A program made the translations under genes and the position numbers. Below, one piece after another: positions 55,493 to 64,000 of a DNA stretch of 64,000 nt. The DNA is from Bdellovibrionales bacterium (GTDB taxonomy: Bacteria; Bdellovibrionota; Bdellovibrionia; Bdellovibrionales; UBA840). The notes below the pieces were generated by a model. It made no database searches, was not told the origin of the DNA, and worked only from the letters and a program-made list of their open reading frames with translations. The first letter of the stretch is position 1, and each line of letters starts with the position of its first letter. The stretch lies in the NCBI GenBank assembly GCA_045110695.1, contig JBGCGH010000002.1, positions 9,993 through 73,992 of the forward strand. Reading direction: 5' to 3'.

Positions 55493-56509
55493 ATGTCAGA
55501 TAAAGCTGGACCAATCACTTTAAAAAAAGGCGACATACTCTTTGAAGAGGGTGCTCCTAGTGACGCAATGTACGTCGTGAAAAGTGGTGCTATTGCTATT
55601 ACAAAAAGAAAAGGTGATGGCGAGATTGAGCTAGCTCGAATCATGCCGGGTCAACTTTTTGGAGAAATGGCTTTTTTTGATAATAAAAACCGTTCGGCCG
55701 GTGCGCGAGCTGCTCTTCAGGGAACTGTTGTAATCTCACTCCCCTTTGCAGCTCTTCATGCACAATTTAAAACTTTCCCTGAATGGCTAAAAAGTATGGT
55801 TAGAACCGTCAATGATCATCTAAGATCAGCCAATAAAAGAATACAAGAATTAGAAAAACTTGATAAAGAAGATGAAATCAAATTTCCTCCACATACCGTT
55901 ACAAAACTTTGCAGTATCTTAGCACTAGTCGCCTCAAAATATGGTGAAGAGGAAGATCAAGAGGGTGTTAAAAGCTTAACCGTCCCAGGTGGTGTATTGA
56001 GAAAATATACTATCCAGATTTTTCAAGAACCAACTCACAAAATGAATACATTAATGGAATGGCTACAAGATCTTGAGATATTAAACATAGAGTCACTTGG
56101 AGAAGGTCAGCAGCAAATTCGATTTTTAAAATACGATCTCCTTTCCTCTTTTACAGAGTGGTACAATAAATGGCTATTCACATCAGATGATAAGAAGGTT
56201 TTTATCACTGAGCAAGAGATGCCAATCCTAAAAGCTCTTATGTTCTACTCTAAAAAAACAGAGCCTCAGAAGGATGGTAGCTATAAACTTTTCGTGAATG
56301 ACATTAGAAATAAATCACTTGAAGACTTAGACTACCTTGTGGACATTGGGGACTACGATAGCTTGATTGAAAAAACTATTGTTGGAGACAAAATACAAGA
56401 AGAAGGTGGAATAACGATTAGCTTTAAACCAGAAGTTATGGATCGGGTTTTGCCTTTCTGGGAGATTCTATTTGAAATCAAAAAAAGAGACGTACCTGGT
56501 AAAAAATAA
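55493..56509 (+). CDS. Cyclic-nucleotide-binding-domain protein with unknown C-terminal domain
   Basis: The N-terminal cNMP fold reads GDILFEEGAPSDAMYVVKSGAIAI...LFGEMAFFDNKNRSAGARA. The ATG directly follows the TAA of the upstream gene. Confidence 0.7.
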   Translation: MSDKAGPITLKKGDILFEEGAPSDAMYVVKSGAIAITKRKGDGEIELARIMPGQLFGEMAFFDNKNRSAGARAALQGTVVISLPFAALHAQFKTFPEWLKSMVRTVNDHLRSANKRIQELEKLDKEDEIKFPPHTVTKLCSILALVASKYGEEEDQEGVKSLTVPGGVLRKYTIQIFQEPTHKMNTLMEWLQDLEILNIESLGEGQQQIRFLKYDLLSSFTEWYNKWLFTSDDKKVFITEQEMPILKALMFYSKKTEPQKDGSYKLFVNDIRNKSLEDLDYLVDIGDYDSLIEKTIVGDKIQEEGGITISFKPEVMDRVLPFWEILFEIKKRDVPGKK

Positions 56510-56518
56510 GCCCTTTTT

Positions 56519-57985
56519 TTAAGATTTAAATCTTAGAGGAAGATCAGAATCAATTAGCCTAACCCCTTCTGACTCTACAGTATAAACCCTAATTGAATTA
56601 GTCTTTGTTCGATCTCCAACAGGAAGCCCCATTGACATAACTATTTTATCTCCAGCGTTTAAAACTCCATATTTAAGAAGTAAAGTCTCTACTTGGCGCA
56701 TCGCCTCATCACTGGTGTTATATTTATCAATTTTAAGAGTTTGAATTCCCCAAACTAACTCTAGGCGATTCAAAGTTTGCTCCACATTTGTAATTGCTAT
56801 GACTCTAGAATTAGGTCGATGAGATGTAATATAGGTTGCAGTTCGCCCTGTGGTTGTTAGACAAATAATTGCTTTTGCTTCAAGCTTTTCTGCTGTGAGG
56901 CATGCACTTGCAGCGATAGCCTTTGGGACACTGTCGATATCACTATCCGTTTTGGTTAGATTCCTAGGAGCTTCTTCCTCAATTTCTAATGCAATTTCAT
57001 GCATGGTTGCAATACACTTAGCGGGATATTTCCCACTGGCTGTTTCTGCAGAAAGCATTAGCGCATCGGTACCATCTAAAATTGCATTGGATACATCGGT
57101 AACCTCAGCCCTTGTGGGACGGGGATTATTTATCATAGAGTCCAACATTTGAGTGGCAGTAATTACAGGCTTGTAATGAATATTACATTCTCTGATAATC
57201 TTTTTTTGAAGATAAGCAAGTCTCGCCTGCCCTACTTCAATAGCTAAGTCCCCTCTAGCAACCATAATACCATCACTACTTTTAATTATATCTACCAGAT
57301 CTTCTATCGCTTCAAACATTTCAATTTTAGCAACAATCCTGGTTCCTGGATTTTTTGACTGAACAATTTCCTTTAATTTTAACATATCTTTTGAGGATCT
57401 TACGAAGCTAAGCGCAACAAAATCAACTTGATTCTCCAGACCAAAACTCAGATCTTTGAGATCTTTTTCGGTTAAACAATCAACACTTAAATTCGCACCG
57501 GGAACATTCATCCCTTTTCGGTCTTTCAATACTCCGCCGTAGACTACGTTACAAGCCAAATCCATGCCGTCGACTGAATCCACAACCAATTCCAACAAAC
57601 CATCATCTAGTAAGATCCTGGTACCTGGCTTTGAATCCACGATTAGCTCTTTGAAATCACTAGGAATTAGACCGGGCTCGCCAACAACATCTCGTGTTGT
57701 AACAACAACCTTCTGACCCTCTTCTAAAAAGATCTCCCCATCTTTAAACTTGCCGACCCTAATTTTGGGACCCTGTAAGTCTTGAAGAATACACACAGGG
57801 GCTCGCAACTCATGAGAGAGTTCGCGAATATTTTTAATTACTGCCAAGTGATCCTTGTGTGTTCCGTGCGAAAAATTCAATCGAGCGACATTCATACCAG
57901 CTTCTATGAGTTCTTTTAATTTGGACCTGTCCTGACTGGCAGGTCCGATGGTGGCTACAACTTTTGCTCTTCTATTTGATAACAT
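56519..57985 (-). CDS. pyk: Pyruvate kinase
   Basis: RRAKVVATIGPAS, NFSHG, MVARGDLAIEV, and the C-terminal regulatory domain. Confidence 0.95.
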   Translation of the reverse strand: MLSNRRAKVVATIGPASQDRSKLKELIEAGMNVARLNFSHGTHKDHLAVIKNIRELSHELRAPVCILQDLQGPKIRVGKFKDGEIFLEEGQKVVVTTRDVVGEPGLIPSDFKELIVDSKPGTRILLDDGLLELVVDSVDGMDLACNVVYGGVLKDRKGMNVPGANLSVDCLTEKDLKDLSFGLENQVDFVALSFVRSSKDMLKLKEIVQSKNPGTRIVAKIEMFEAIEDLVDIIKSSDGIMVARGDLAIEVGQARLAYLQKKIIRECNIHYKPVITATQMLDSMINNPRPTRAEVTDVSNAILDGTDALMLSAETASGKYPAKCIATMHEIALEIEEEAPRNLTKTDSDIDSVPKAIAASACLTAEKLEAKAIICLTTTGRTATYITSHRPNSRVIAITNVEQTLNRLELVWGIQTLKIDKYNTSDEAMRQVETLLLKYGVLNAGDKIVMSMGLPVGDRTKTNSIRVYTVESEGVRLIDSDLPLRFKS

Positions 57986-58026
57986 ATGGCTCGTTTCTAT
58001 GTTGCTTTACATCTGTTGGTTAACTT

Positions 58027-59685
58027 TTAAGTGATTGCTGATTGATTAACTAAAGATTCCATCTCTCGCTGGTGCCTTCTTTCAACTGTTTCCATGGCTT
58101 CTGCATGCTGCTCTTTTAGCTGAGCTAAGCGAACTTCTGCCTGCATCTTAACAGACTCAAGATTTCTTGTATTCTCTTTATTTAAATTCTTAATATCTTT
58201 TTTGTTCTTTCGAAGTATCGCTCTTTTTTCTGCCGCAGCGGCGTCTCTCATTCTAGCTATGGTATCCTGAAATTCCAGCTGACTTGTTGCCATCTCTTCA
58301 CGATTCTTTTTGTCGATACCTTTGAATTGCTCCTTAAATTGATTCACTAATTGCTGTTTTTCTTTATTGGAAACTTCTCTTTGTTGAGCCATTTCTTCTT
58401 TATGGGAATCCTTCATCTCACTCATTGCAGTCCCATAAAAATTCTGTAACCGAATCTCTGTAGTTTTCTTATCTTGAATGAGACCATCTATACGCTCTTC
58501 GTAACGGCCTTTCATTTGGGAATTCTTAAGATCTCTACTGAAAACCTGTTCTTCCAATGAAGCGTCTTGTTGATTTTTAAGATTCCTAACTTCATTTCTG
58601 TATCTAAAATTCAATTGATTTAGAAGATCAGAATTTTTCTTGTTAACCTTTGTAATGTCTTTATTGTTTGAGTTCCGCATATCAGCAATTGCTAACTGAC
58701 GCTGATCTTGGAGCTTTTCAACACTAGTTTTCATTTGATCACGAAGATTTTGAAGCTCCATCTTTTTATTTTGACTTTCTTTAAAATTACGACTTTCAAA
58801 ACCCGCTTTTTGGTCTCGTAACTCAGCCCTTAGACTACTTAATTGATTCGCCGATCGCTTTGAAACATCATTTTTAAACGTCTCCCTTGCAGTCTCGGAA
58901 TTATCAATATAGTCGCGGATTGCTGCCTGGTATTTATCTTTAATTCGCTGTAAACCTTCATCATGTTGCTGCTTTTGAACTTCAAGAACAGAATCATGAA
59001 ATTTTCTATCGCTTTCCAAGGTAGTCTGAAAGTTTTTCGATAGAACTTCTGACTGGGTGTCTTTATCTAGTTTTAGCTTCTTAATTTCATTTCCTGAACT
59101 AGTACGAAGATCATCGAACTTTCTTTGCATGTTTCCCAAAACTTTTTTATGGGCCTCAGACTGGTTTGTTAATGCATATTTCTTGGAACTCTCAGCTTCT
59201 TTACGAAACTCGCCAAGGGTTTCATTTTGATTATCCAGTGACCTATTCACGTAGTCGTTGTAGACCCGATCTTTCTTAGACATTTGTTCTTCATAGTTTT
59301 CTCGAAGCAAAGCCGTCTGCGATTGACTCGTACTTTTTTGACGAACCAACTCCCCTCGCAAGGTTTCGTTCGTATTTTGAATTTTACCCTCGTAGTCTTC
59401 AGTTAGCTGGCGTATTCTGCCTTGATACAGGTCTCTTACTTTATTTATTTGGCTTTGATAATGTTTATCTTTCTCAGAAAGTGCTTCTTGAGACCCTTCA
59501 CGCGTAGAATCAAGTCGCTCACTATATTGAGACTTTAACTTACGAACTTCATCTACATGTTGCTGATGAACTCTTTGCATTTCTTTACGATGCCTTTTCT
59601 CTGCATCGGTATAGCGCTTTTTATATTCTTTTTCACGGTTACTGACCAATGAACTATCGCTACCAGAACTACCTACACTAGACAT
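58027..59685 (-). CDS. Coiled-coil-rich protein (about 550 aa, heptad-like throughout)
   Basis: Composition is almost entirely charged or Gln, with long predicted coiled coils. I prefer ATG 59685 (GGAGGAGA just upstream) over TTG 59727. Confidence 0.6.
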   Translation of the reverse strand: MSSVGSSGSDSSLVSNREKEYKKRYTDAEKRHRKEMQRVHQQHVDEVRKLKSQYSERLDSTREGSQEALSEKDKHYQSQINKVRDLYQGRIRQLTEDYEGKIQNTNETLRGELVRQKSTSQSQTALLRENYEEQMSKKDRVYNDYVNRSLDNQNETLGEFRKEAESSKKYALTNQSEAHKKVLGNMQRKFDDLRTSSGNEIKKLKLDKDTQSEVLSKNFQTTLESDRKFHDSVLEVQKQQHDEGLQRIKDKYQAAIRDYIDNSETARETFKNDVSKRSANQLSSLRAELRDQKAGFESRNFKESQNKKMELQNLRDQMKTSVEKLQDQRQLAIADMRNSNNKDITKVNKKNSDLLNQLNFRYRNEVRNLKNQQDASLEEQVFSRDLKNSQMKGRYEERIDGLIQDKKTTEIRLQNFYGTAMSEMKDSHKEEMAQQREVSNKEKQQLVNQFKEQFKGIDKKNREEMATSQLEFQDTIARMRDAAAAEKRAILRKNKKDIKNLNKENTRNLESVKMQAEVRLAQLKEQHAEAMETVERRHQREMESLVNQSAIT

Positions 59686-59862
59686 CCATCTCCTCCCTGA
59701 GACGATTTCTCTAGAAATGACACTCAATGCCCTCCAGAGACTAAACTCTTTACTCTATAATATAGTATCACAGGCATAATATTGAGACTCCCAAAGAGAC
59801 TTTTTATTACTAAGGCTTAGACAAAAACCAGACCTTGGGATAGTGAGATTTTGCTTGGTTTT

Positions 59863-62800
59863 TTACTGCTCTAGACTAAGAGCAGAGTAATTATTTCGAA
59901 GAGTATCAAGGTTCTTCCTTGTTTTGCTGTCAATATTGGACAGAAAGTCTTCGTTTAAAAAGATTTCTTCCAACATCCAAGCCACACTGGAAAGTTCTTC
60001 TGGAGTGGCTTTGGCTCCTTCATCAGAATAGTGGGTAGCATGTTTTCTTAGAAATCGATGATTCATTTGATAAAGTAAGTCTTGAGCAGCCCACAAATAA
60101 GAGTCCCCACCCCAAATAGAGTGCGTTTGTAGAATTGAAACCAACATTAATGCTGAGGATAAGATATTAGCTGGGCCTTTATTGTTTGTTTGAATATCAA
60201 AGCTCGAAGCGATGGAAAAATCCTCGTTTAGCATTTTTGACAATACAAAATTGGTGAGTGCAACACTTAATTTCCTAAGTAAATCGAGGTTTTTCTGAAG
60301 TTCATCTAATTGTGTAGATCCGGTGGCTTTCGATATAACTAGATTAGCATTCGATCTGCTCTCGAATAATCGTTCAGAAATTCTGATAAACTTCACAACC
60401 GCAATATTTAACTTAGCCATGGACTGCAAATCTACAGTATTCGAGACACCGGCTAATGCATCAACAATCGCAACTGTATTAATCTTCGAACTATTCTCTT
60501 CCGTTGCCCCGGAACTTAAGTCAACTTCCTTGAAGTCCTTATCGAAGGCTCTAATACCCATTTTTTTAAGGTTATTAAATTGAAGGCTAGCCATTGCAAG
60601 GCCTAGCTCGACGACTGAAGTTTTTGGGAAAAACTCTATACCCTGATATTCGTTTACAAATAGAGAATCGTCAAAAGGACCCGTTCGCCAATCCGCTGTA
60701 GTTTCTAAGAAATTGGCTGCAGCAAAAATACTCTCACTCACCGACCGCGCACTAACCCTTGAAGACAAGCTAGATGGATCCGTATCTATTTCAAATGCAT
60801 TCTTCAAATAAAATTGCTCTGGGACCCCAAAGTATCTCGGCTCCAAATTATAGGTATAGATATCTAAAAACTCATTTGGGTTATCAAAAATTGGTAATGC
60901 CAAAGACGGTAGGGAACTCCCAAAAAAGTTCTTCACGCCTATCGTTGCGACCGCTTTATTTAACATCTGGAAACCGCGACGGTTCCTATAAACATTTCTG
61001 GCAGCTAAAGGTTGCCACTGAGACAAACTTAAGGCACTAAGGCTTACAGCATGGGTAGTTCCGCTACTCTCTATTAGGCTATCTTCTTGAGCTTGCGAAT
61101 TAATATTATTTTTACCATAGTAGAATTTTGAACTCTCCATGGCTGGAGTTTTAGTCTTATCGCCCAATATCAGACCCACAATATCTTTAGAGGCAAGATC
61201 TTTCATCCCACCATAAAAATCGTCTGTTAGTGCCTCTTTTTGCCCAGCTAAGCCGGCGTATATTTGTCTTTCAATGACCGAATCAAAGCCATCTAATTGC
61301 CTCATCAATGTCCCAGAAAGTTTCCTGGAAATTACCTTGTTCACTGCCGCTGAAATGAATTGATTATAGCCCTCACCTTCAAAGTCTTCGACGAAACCAA
61401 GCATCTCATTACTCAAATACTTTGAAAGAGATCTATCAAAATAATCAGTCCAATTTTCGTCCACAATGGGCTGCTCCGGTGTGGACCTCGAAAGCCAATC
61501 TAAATCCTCTTCGTCCATCAAAGCTAAAGTAAAAACAAAACCAGCTTGTCCTTCGAAAACACTACTCAATTCAGTAACTTTGAACCAAAAAGCATCCCAG
61601 CCTTCAGCAGGTACCAAGCCCATACGCTCTACCGATTTTTCCAGTTCTACCCGCTCTTCCTCAGCCTCCTCAAAGGTCCAAGAATCAATTTTTGTGGAGA
61701 GACCCATAAAGAAATCACTAACTGCGACAAAATTGCTTGATGCACTGAACTTTTTGAATTTTTCTTCTTTGGTTAAAAGCTGTCCAGAAAGATATCTCCA
61801 AATTTCCACAAGAAGTGAACGACCCAGAGAATGTCTGACCTCTGGTCTTTTATCTTTCATCGCAATAAAATAATCATTCACCCTACGTGGAAACTTTAAC
61901 TCTTCAGCAATTTTCTCAAAAACTGAACTTGGAAAAATATTTACTGCCTTCAACTCACTAATGACCTTATCAATGGAATCTAAATTATCCTGCACTCCTC
62001 GATCTACTTGAACAGCAGAAAATTCCTGCTTGGCCAAAAACATCAGATCATCCAGCTCACTAATTTTTTCACTTACCCCACTAACTACGGCAGGATCTAC
62101 CTCTAAGGTTTTTAGCTTCTCAGGAAGCTCTCTTAATTGCTGATCCAAAGAAAGAACTACATCAATGGGTTGGACCTCATCCAGATCTCTTGCTCTCAGC
62201 TCCGAAAACCCAATTTTAATTTTAGAAAAAGCCGTATTTACATTCGCATTGATATCGCTAAAGCGATCTCCATACATTTGAAACAAATCAGCACCATAAA
62301 GTCCTAAAGCCGCCTCAAGATAAGGACTTTCAATGGCTTCTACAGTAGTAAAGTTAGATTCGTTAATATAAAAATTAGATAGAGCCCTATGGGCAACGCT
62401 ATTGTAGTTGTTTGTTTTTTTATAGGAATCAAGCTTCACTAGCTCCAAAGCGACTTTTTCAGCTAATTCGTCGCCCTCAGGAAACTGTTTTATGAATTCT
62501 ATCACTTCTTTGAGACTTAGCTTTCCCGTTTTGTATTCTACAGTAATCTTATCTAAAACTATTGATAGCTTACTGAATTTTTCAAATTCAGACTCCGATA
62601 AACTATAGTAATTTGAAAGTTTACAACTTTCTAACTCTATCAAGTACCGGTTATAATTATAGGCTCGACTTGTAGAAACCGCCCTGACAAGATCATCTCG
62701 ACAGGACTTATCTTTTGAACTTACAAGCTTAACTGCCTTTATTTTTTCAATTTGGTATTTCTTTAAAATGTTTGAATAGTCTAATCGATCAATCTGAAAT

Positions 62801-63060
62801 TGTACTTTTTGAAAATTGGCTTGAGAGGCGGAGAAAAGCATCTGAATACTATTAAAAAAAGAATATGAATCTAAACGAATGTCACCCAACCAAAACTCTT
62901 CTAGGGCCGGTAACTTGCCTTCGACCACTTCAAAATCAATATCTTTTGTTTTGGGACCAAACTCATAGTATTTTTCACGATCCCCAAAATCTTTATAATT
63001 TTCAGCGGGAGCACAAGCCAGAACTAAAAAGATAAGGATGAAAGCATTGAAATGAATCAA
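59863..63060 (-). CDS. 1,065-aa lipoprotein of unknown function
   Basis: The N-terminus MIHFNAFILIFLVLAC carries a lipobox (VLAC). It overlaps the upstream beta-barrel-like gene by 4 nt. Confidence 0.6.
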   Translation of the reverse strand: MIHFNAFILIFLVLACAPAENYKDFGDREKYYEFGPKTKDIDFEVVEGKLPALEEFWLGDIRLDSYSFFNSIQMLFSASQANFQKVQFQIDRLDYSNILKKYQIEKIKAVKLVSSKDKSCRDDLVRAVSTSRAYNYNRYLIELESCKLSNYYSLSESEFEKFSKLSIVLDKITVEYKTGKLSLKEVIEFIKQFPEGDELAEKVALELVKLDSYKKTNNYNSVAHRALSNFYINESNFTTVEAIESPYLEAALGLYGADLFQMYGDRFSDINANVNTAFSKIKIGFSELRARDLDEVQPIDVVLSLDQQLRELPEKLKTLEVDPAVVSGVSEKISELDDLMFLAKQEFSAVQVDRGVQDNLDSIDKVISELKAVNIFPSSVFEKIAEELKFPRRVNDYFIAMKDKRPEVRHSLGRSLLVEIWRYLSGQLLTKEEKFKKFSASSNFVAVSDFFMGLSTKIDSWTFEEAEEERVELEKSVERMGLVPAEGWDAFWFKVTELSSVFEGQAGFVFTLALMDEEDLDWLSRSTPEQPIVDENWTDYFDRSLSKYLSNEMLGFVEDFEGEGYNQFISAAVNKVISRKLSGTLMRQLDGFDSVIERQIYAGLAGQKEALTDDFYGGMKDLASKDIVGLILGDKTKTPAMESSKFYYGKNNINSQAQEDSLIESSGTTHAVSLSALSLSQWQPLAARNVYRNRRGFQMLNKAVATIGVKNFFGSSLPSLALPIFDNPNEFLDIYTYNLEPRYFGVPEQFYLKNAFEIDTDPSSLSSRVSARSVSESIFAAANFLETTADWRTGPFDDSLFVNEYQGIEFFPKTSVVELGLAMASLQFNNLKKMGIRAFDKDFKEVDLSSGATEENSSKINTVAIVDALAGVSNTVDLQSMAKLNIAVVKFIRISERLFESRSNANLVISKATGSTQLDELQKNLDLLRKLSVALTNFVLSKMLNEDFSIASSFDIQTNNKGPANILSSALMLVSILQTHSIWGGDSYLWAAQDLLYQMNHRFLRKHATHYSDEGAKATPEELSSVAWMLEEIFLNEDFLSNIDSKTRKNLDTLRNNYSALSLEQ

Positions 63061-64000
63061 AATACCACCCCTAAGTTTATCTCATGTATAGATTGTCTTT
63101 CGACATTTTTTCCCGCAACAGTGTCAGAATAAGAGTAGCTAACCAACAAAGGAATAGGAAATTTCTTAGCCGTGAATTGATTTAAAGTATGATAAGAGGT
63201 TGATAGCTGTACTTGCAGCTGTTCCATGTCAGTATTACGACTTAATAAATTGTAGTTGTAATTTCTGTTACCAGAATAATAGTCTTTTTGTTTCCATTCC
63301 TTCACTATACCAATCGATGCTCCCCAAGAGTCAGAAATACTTTTCTGGACGTTAAACTCATATTTAACGCTATCACCAATTTTCCTATCAAGATTCTCCT
63401 CTCTATCACTGGATGGAAAAAGATCCATATCAGATCGAGGTACTCTTTTGATGGATTTATCAGACAAATTATATTTTACGGATAGATTATTGTGAAACTT
63501 AAAACTTCCAAAATTATATTGAGTAACCAAAGCAGTATCCAAAAAAGTTCTGTTGAAAATGGGTAAGTCTAATAGATTTGAAGGATCGTCAGCGGGCCCA
63601 GTAGGTAGATTCAAATGATTCCTTAACATCAATCTCCAACTGGGTGACTTGTAAACAAGATAGCGGTTTATCACGAGTATATCGCCTAGATACTTTTGTG
63701 AAACTGAGTCTAAGCCCTGGTAGTCATTATCTTTTAAAAATTTATCTATACTAGCGCGCAAGTCTGAAACATTTTGTAAACGAGAATAGGCCTCTTGCAG
63801 TCTTTGACTAAAAGAATACAAATCACCCCTGTGGTCCTGGTAGTTACCAGGGAGAGAATTAAATATTTCATTTATATTGTTTGCGCCTACATGCTCAACC
63901 TTAACCGCTGCTTCCAAATTGATTTGTGGTACTGCCAGACCAATAGTCCAACGATCTGTAACTCCATAACCAATTATGGGGGCTGTAAACTGAATTTCTG
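63057..64000 (-). CDS. Outer-membrane beta-barrel-like protein, 5-prime end outside the window
   Basis: The frame stays open upstream of the TTG at 63917 to the window edge (...EIQFTAPIIGYGVTDRWTIGLAVPQINLEAAVK...). It shows alternating hydrophobic periodicity, frequent Tyr/Asn, and a C-terminal ...HEINLGVVF ending in Phe. Confidence 0.5.
   Translation of the reverse strand, partial: EIQFTAPIIGYGVTDRWTIGLAVPQINLEAAVKVEHVGANNINEIFNSLPGNYQDHRGDLYSFSQRLQEAYSRLQNVSDLRASIDKFLKDNDYQGLDSVSQKYLGDILVINRYLVYKSPSWRLMLRNHLNLPTGPADDPSNLLDLPIFNRTFLDTALVTQYNFGSFKFHNNLSVKYNLSDKSIKRVPRSDMDLFPSSDREENLDRKIGDSVKYEFNVQKSISDSWGASIGIVKEWKQKDYYSGNRNYNYNLLSRNTDMEQLQVQLSTSYHTLNQFTAKKFPIPLLVSYSYSDTVAGKNVERQSIHEINLGVVF

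Overview
AT-rich bacterial chromosomal window with about 58 protein genes, one tRNA, and no rRNA, CRISPR array, transposase or integrase. Gene content and order (pheS-pheT-ihfA-MerR, many HPt/receiver/PilZ/cNMP signalling genes, many signal-peptide proteins of unknown function) suggest a low-GC Bdellovibrionota or other delta-proteobacteria-like lineage. That taxonomic guess is inference only.

Housekeeping blocks:
- rpsN; pheST-ihfA; menB
- an RND efflux triad and an alanine/glycine symporter
- tdk; methionine salvage mtnB-mtnA-mtnP
- guaB; miaB
- thiolase plus 3-oxoacid CoA-transferase
- sucA-sucB-lpdA-queE; pyk

I recognise no known defence, toxin or secretion system. These loci deserve a second look:
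1. 19193-23926: a 1,577-aa exported protein that joins an M48-like domain (HExxR instead of HExxH) to a UbiB/ABC1 kinase-like domain with altered catalytic positions.
2. 24105-26067: an adjacent, visibly AT-richer three-gene cassette (GNAT-like ORF, heme-oxygenase-like di-iron ORF, unknown ORF).
3. 403-3888: a phosphorelay cluster with no kinase, a PAS stub fused to a receiver, and a stop-interrupted receiver remnant.
4. 8636-8750: an unexplained GC-rich intergenic island.
5. 41921-42235: a composite divergent-promoter region with a 36-bp inverted repeat, triplicated sequence modules and C-tracts.
6. 42874-43941: a histone-H1-like Lys/Ala-repeat protein with a Cys/His knuckle and an acidic tail.

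All domain calls come from reading the translations by eye, and none has been checked against a database.
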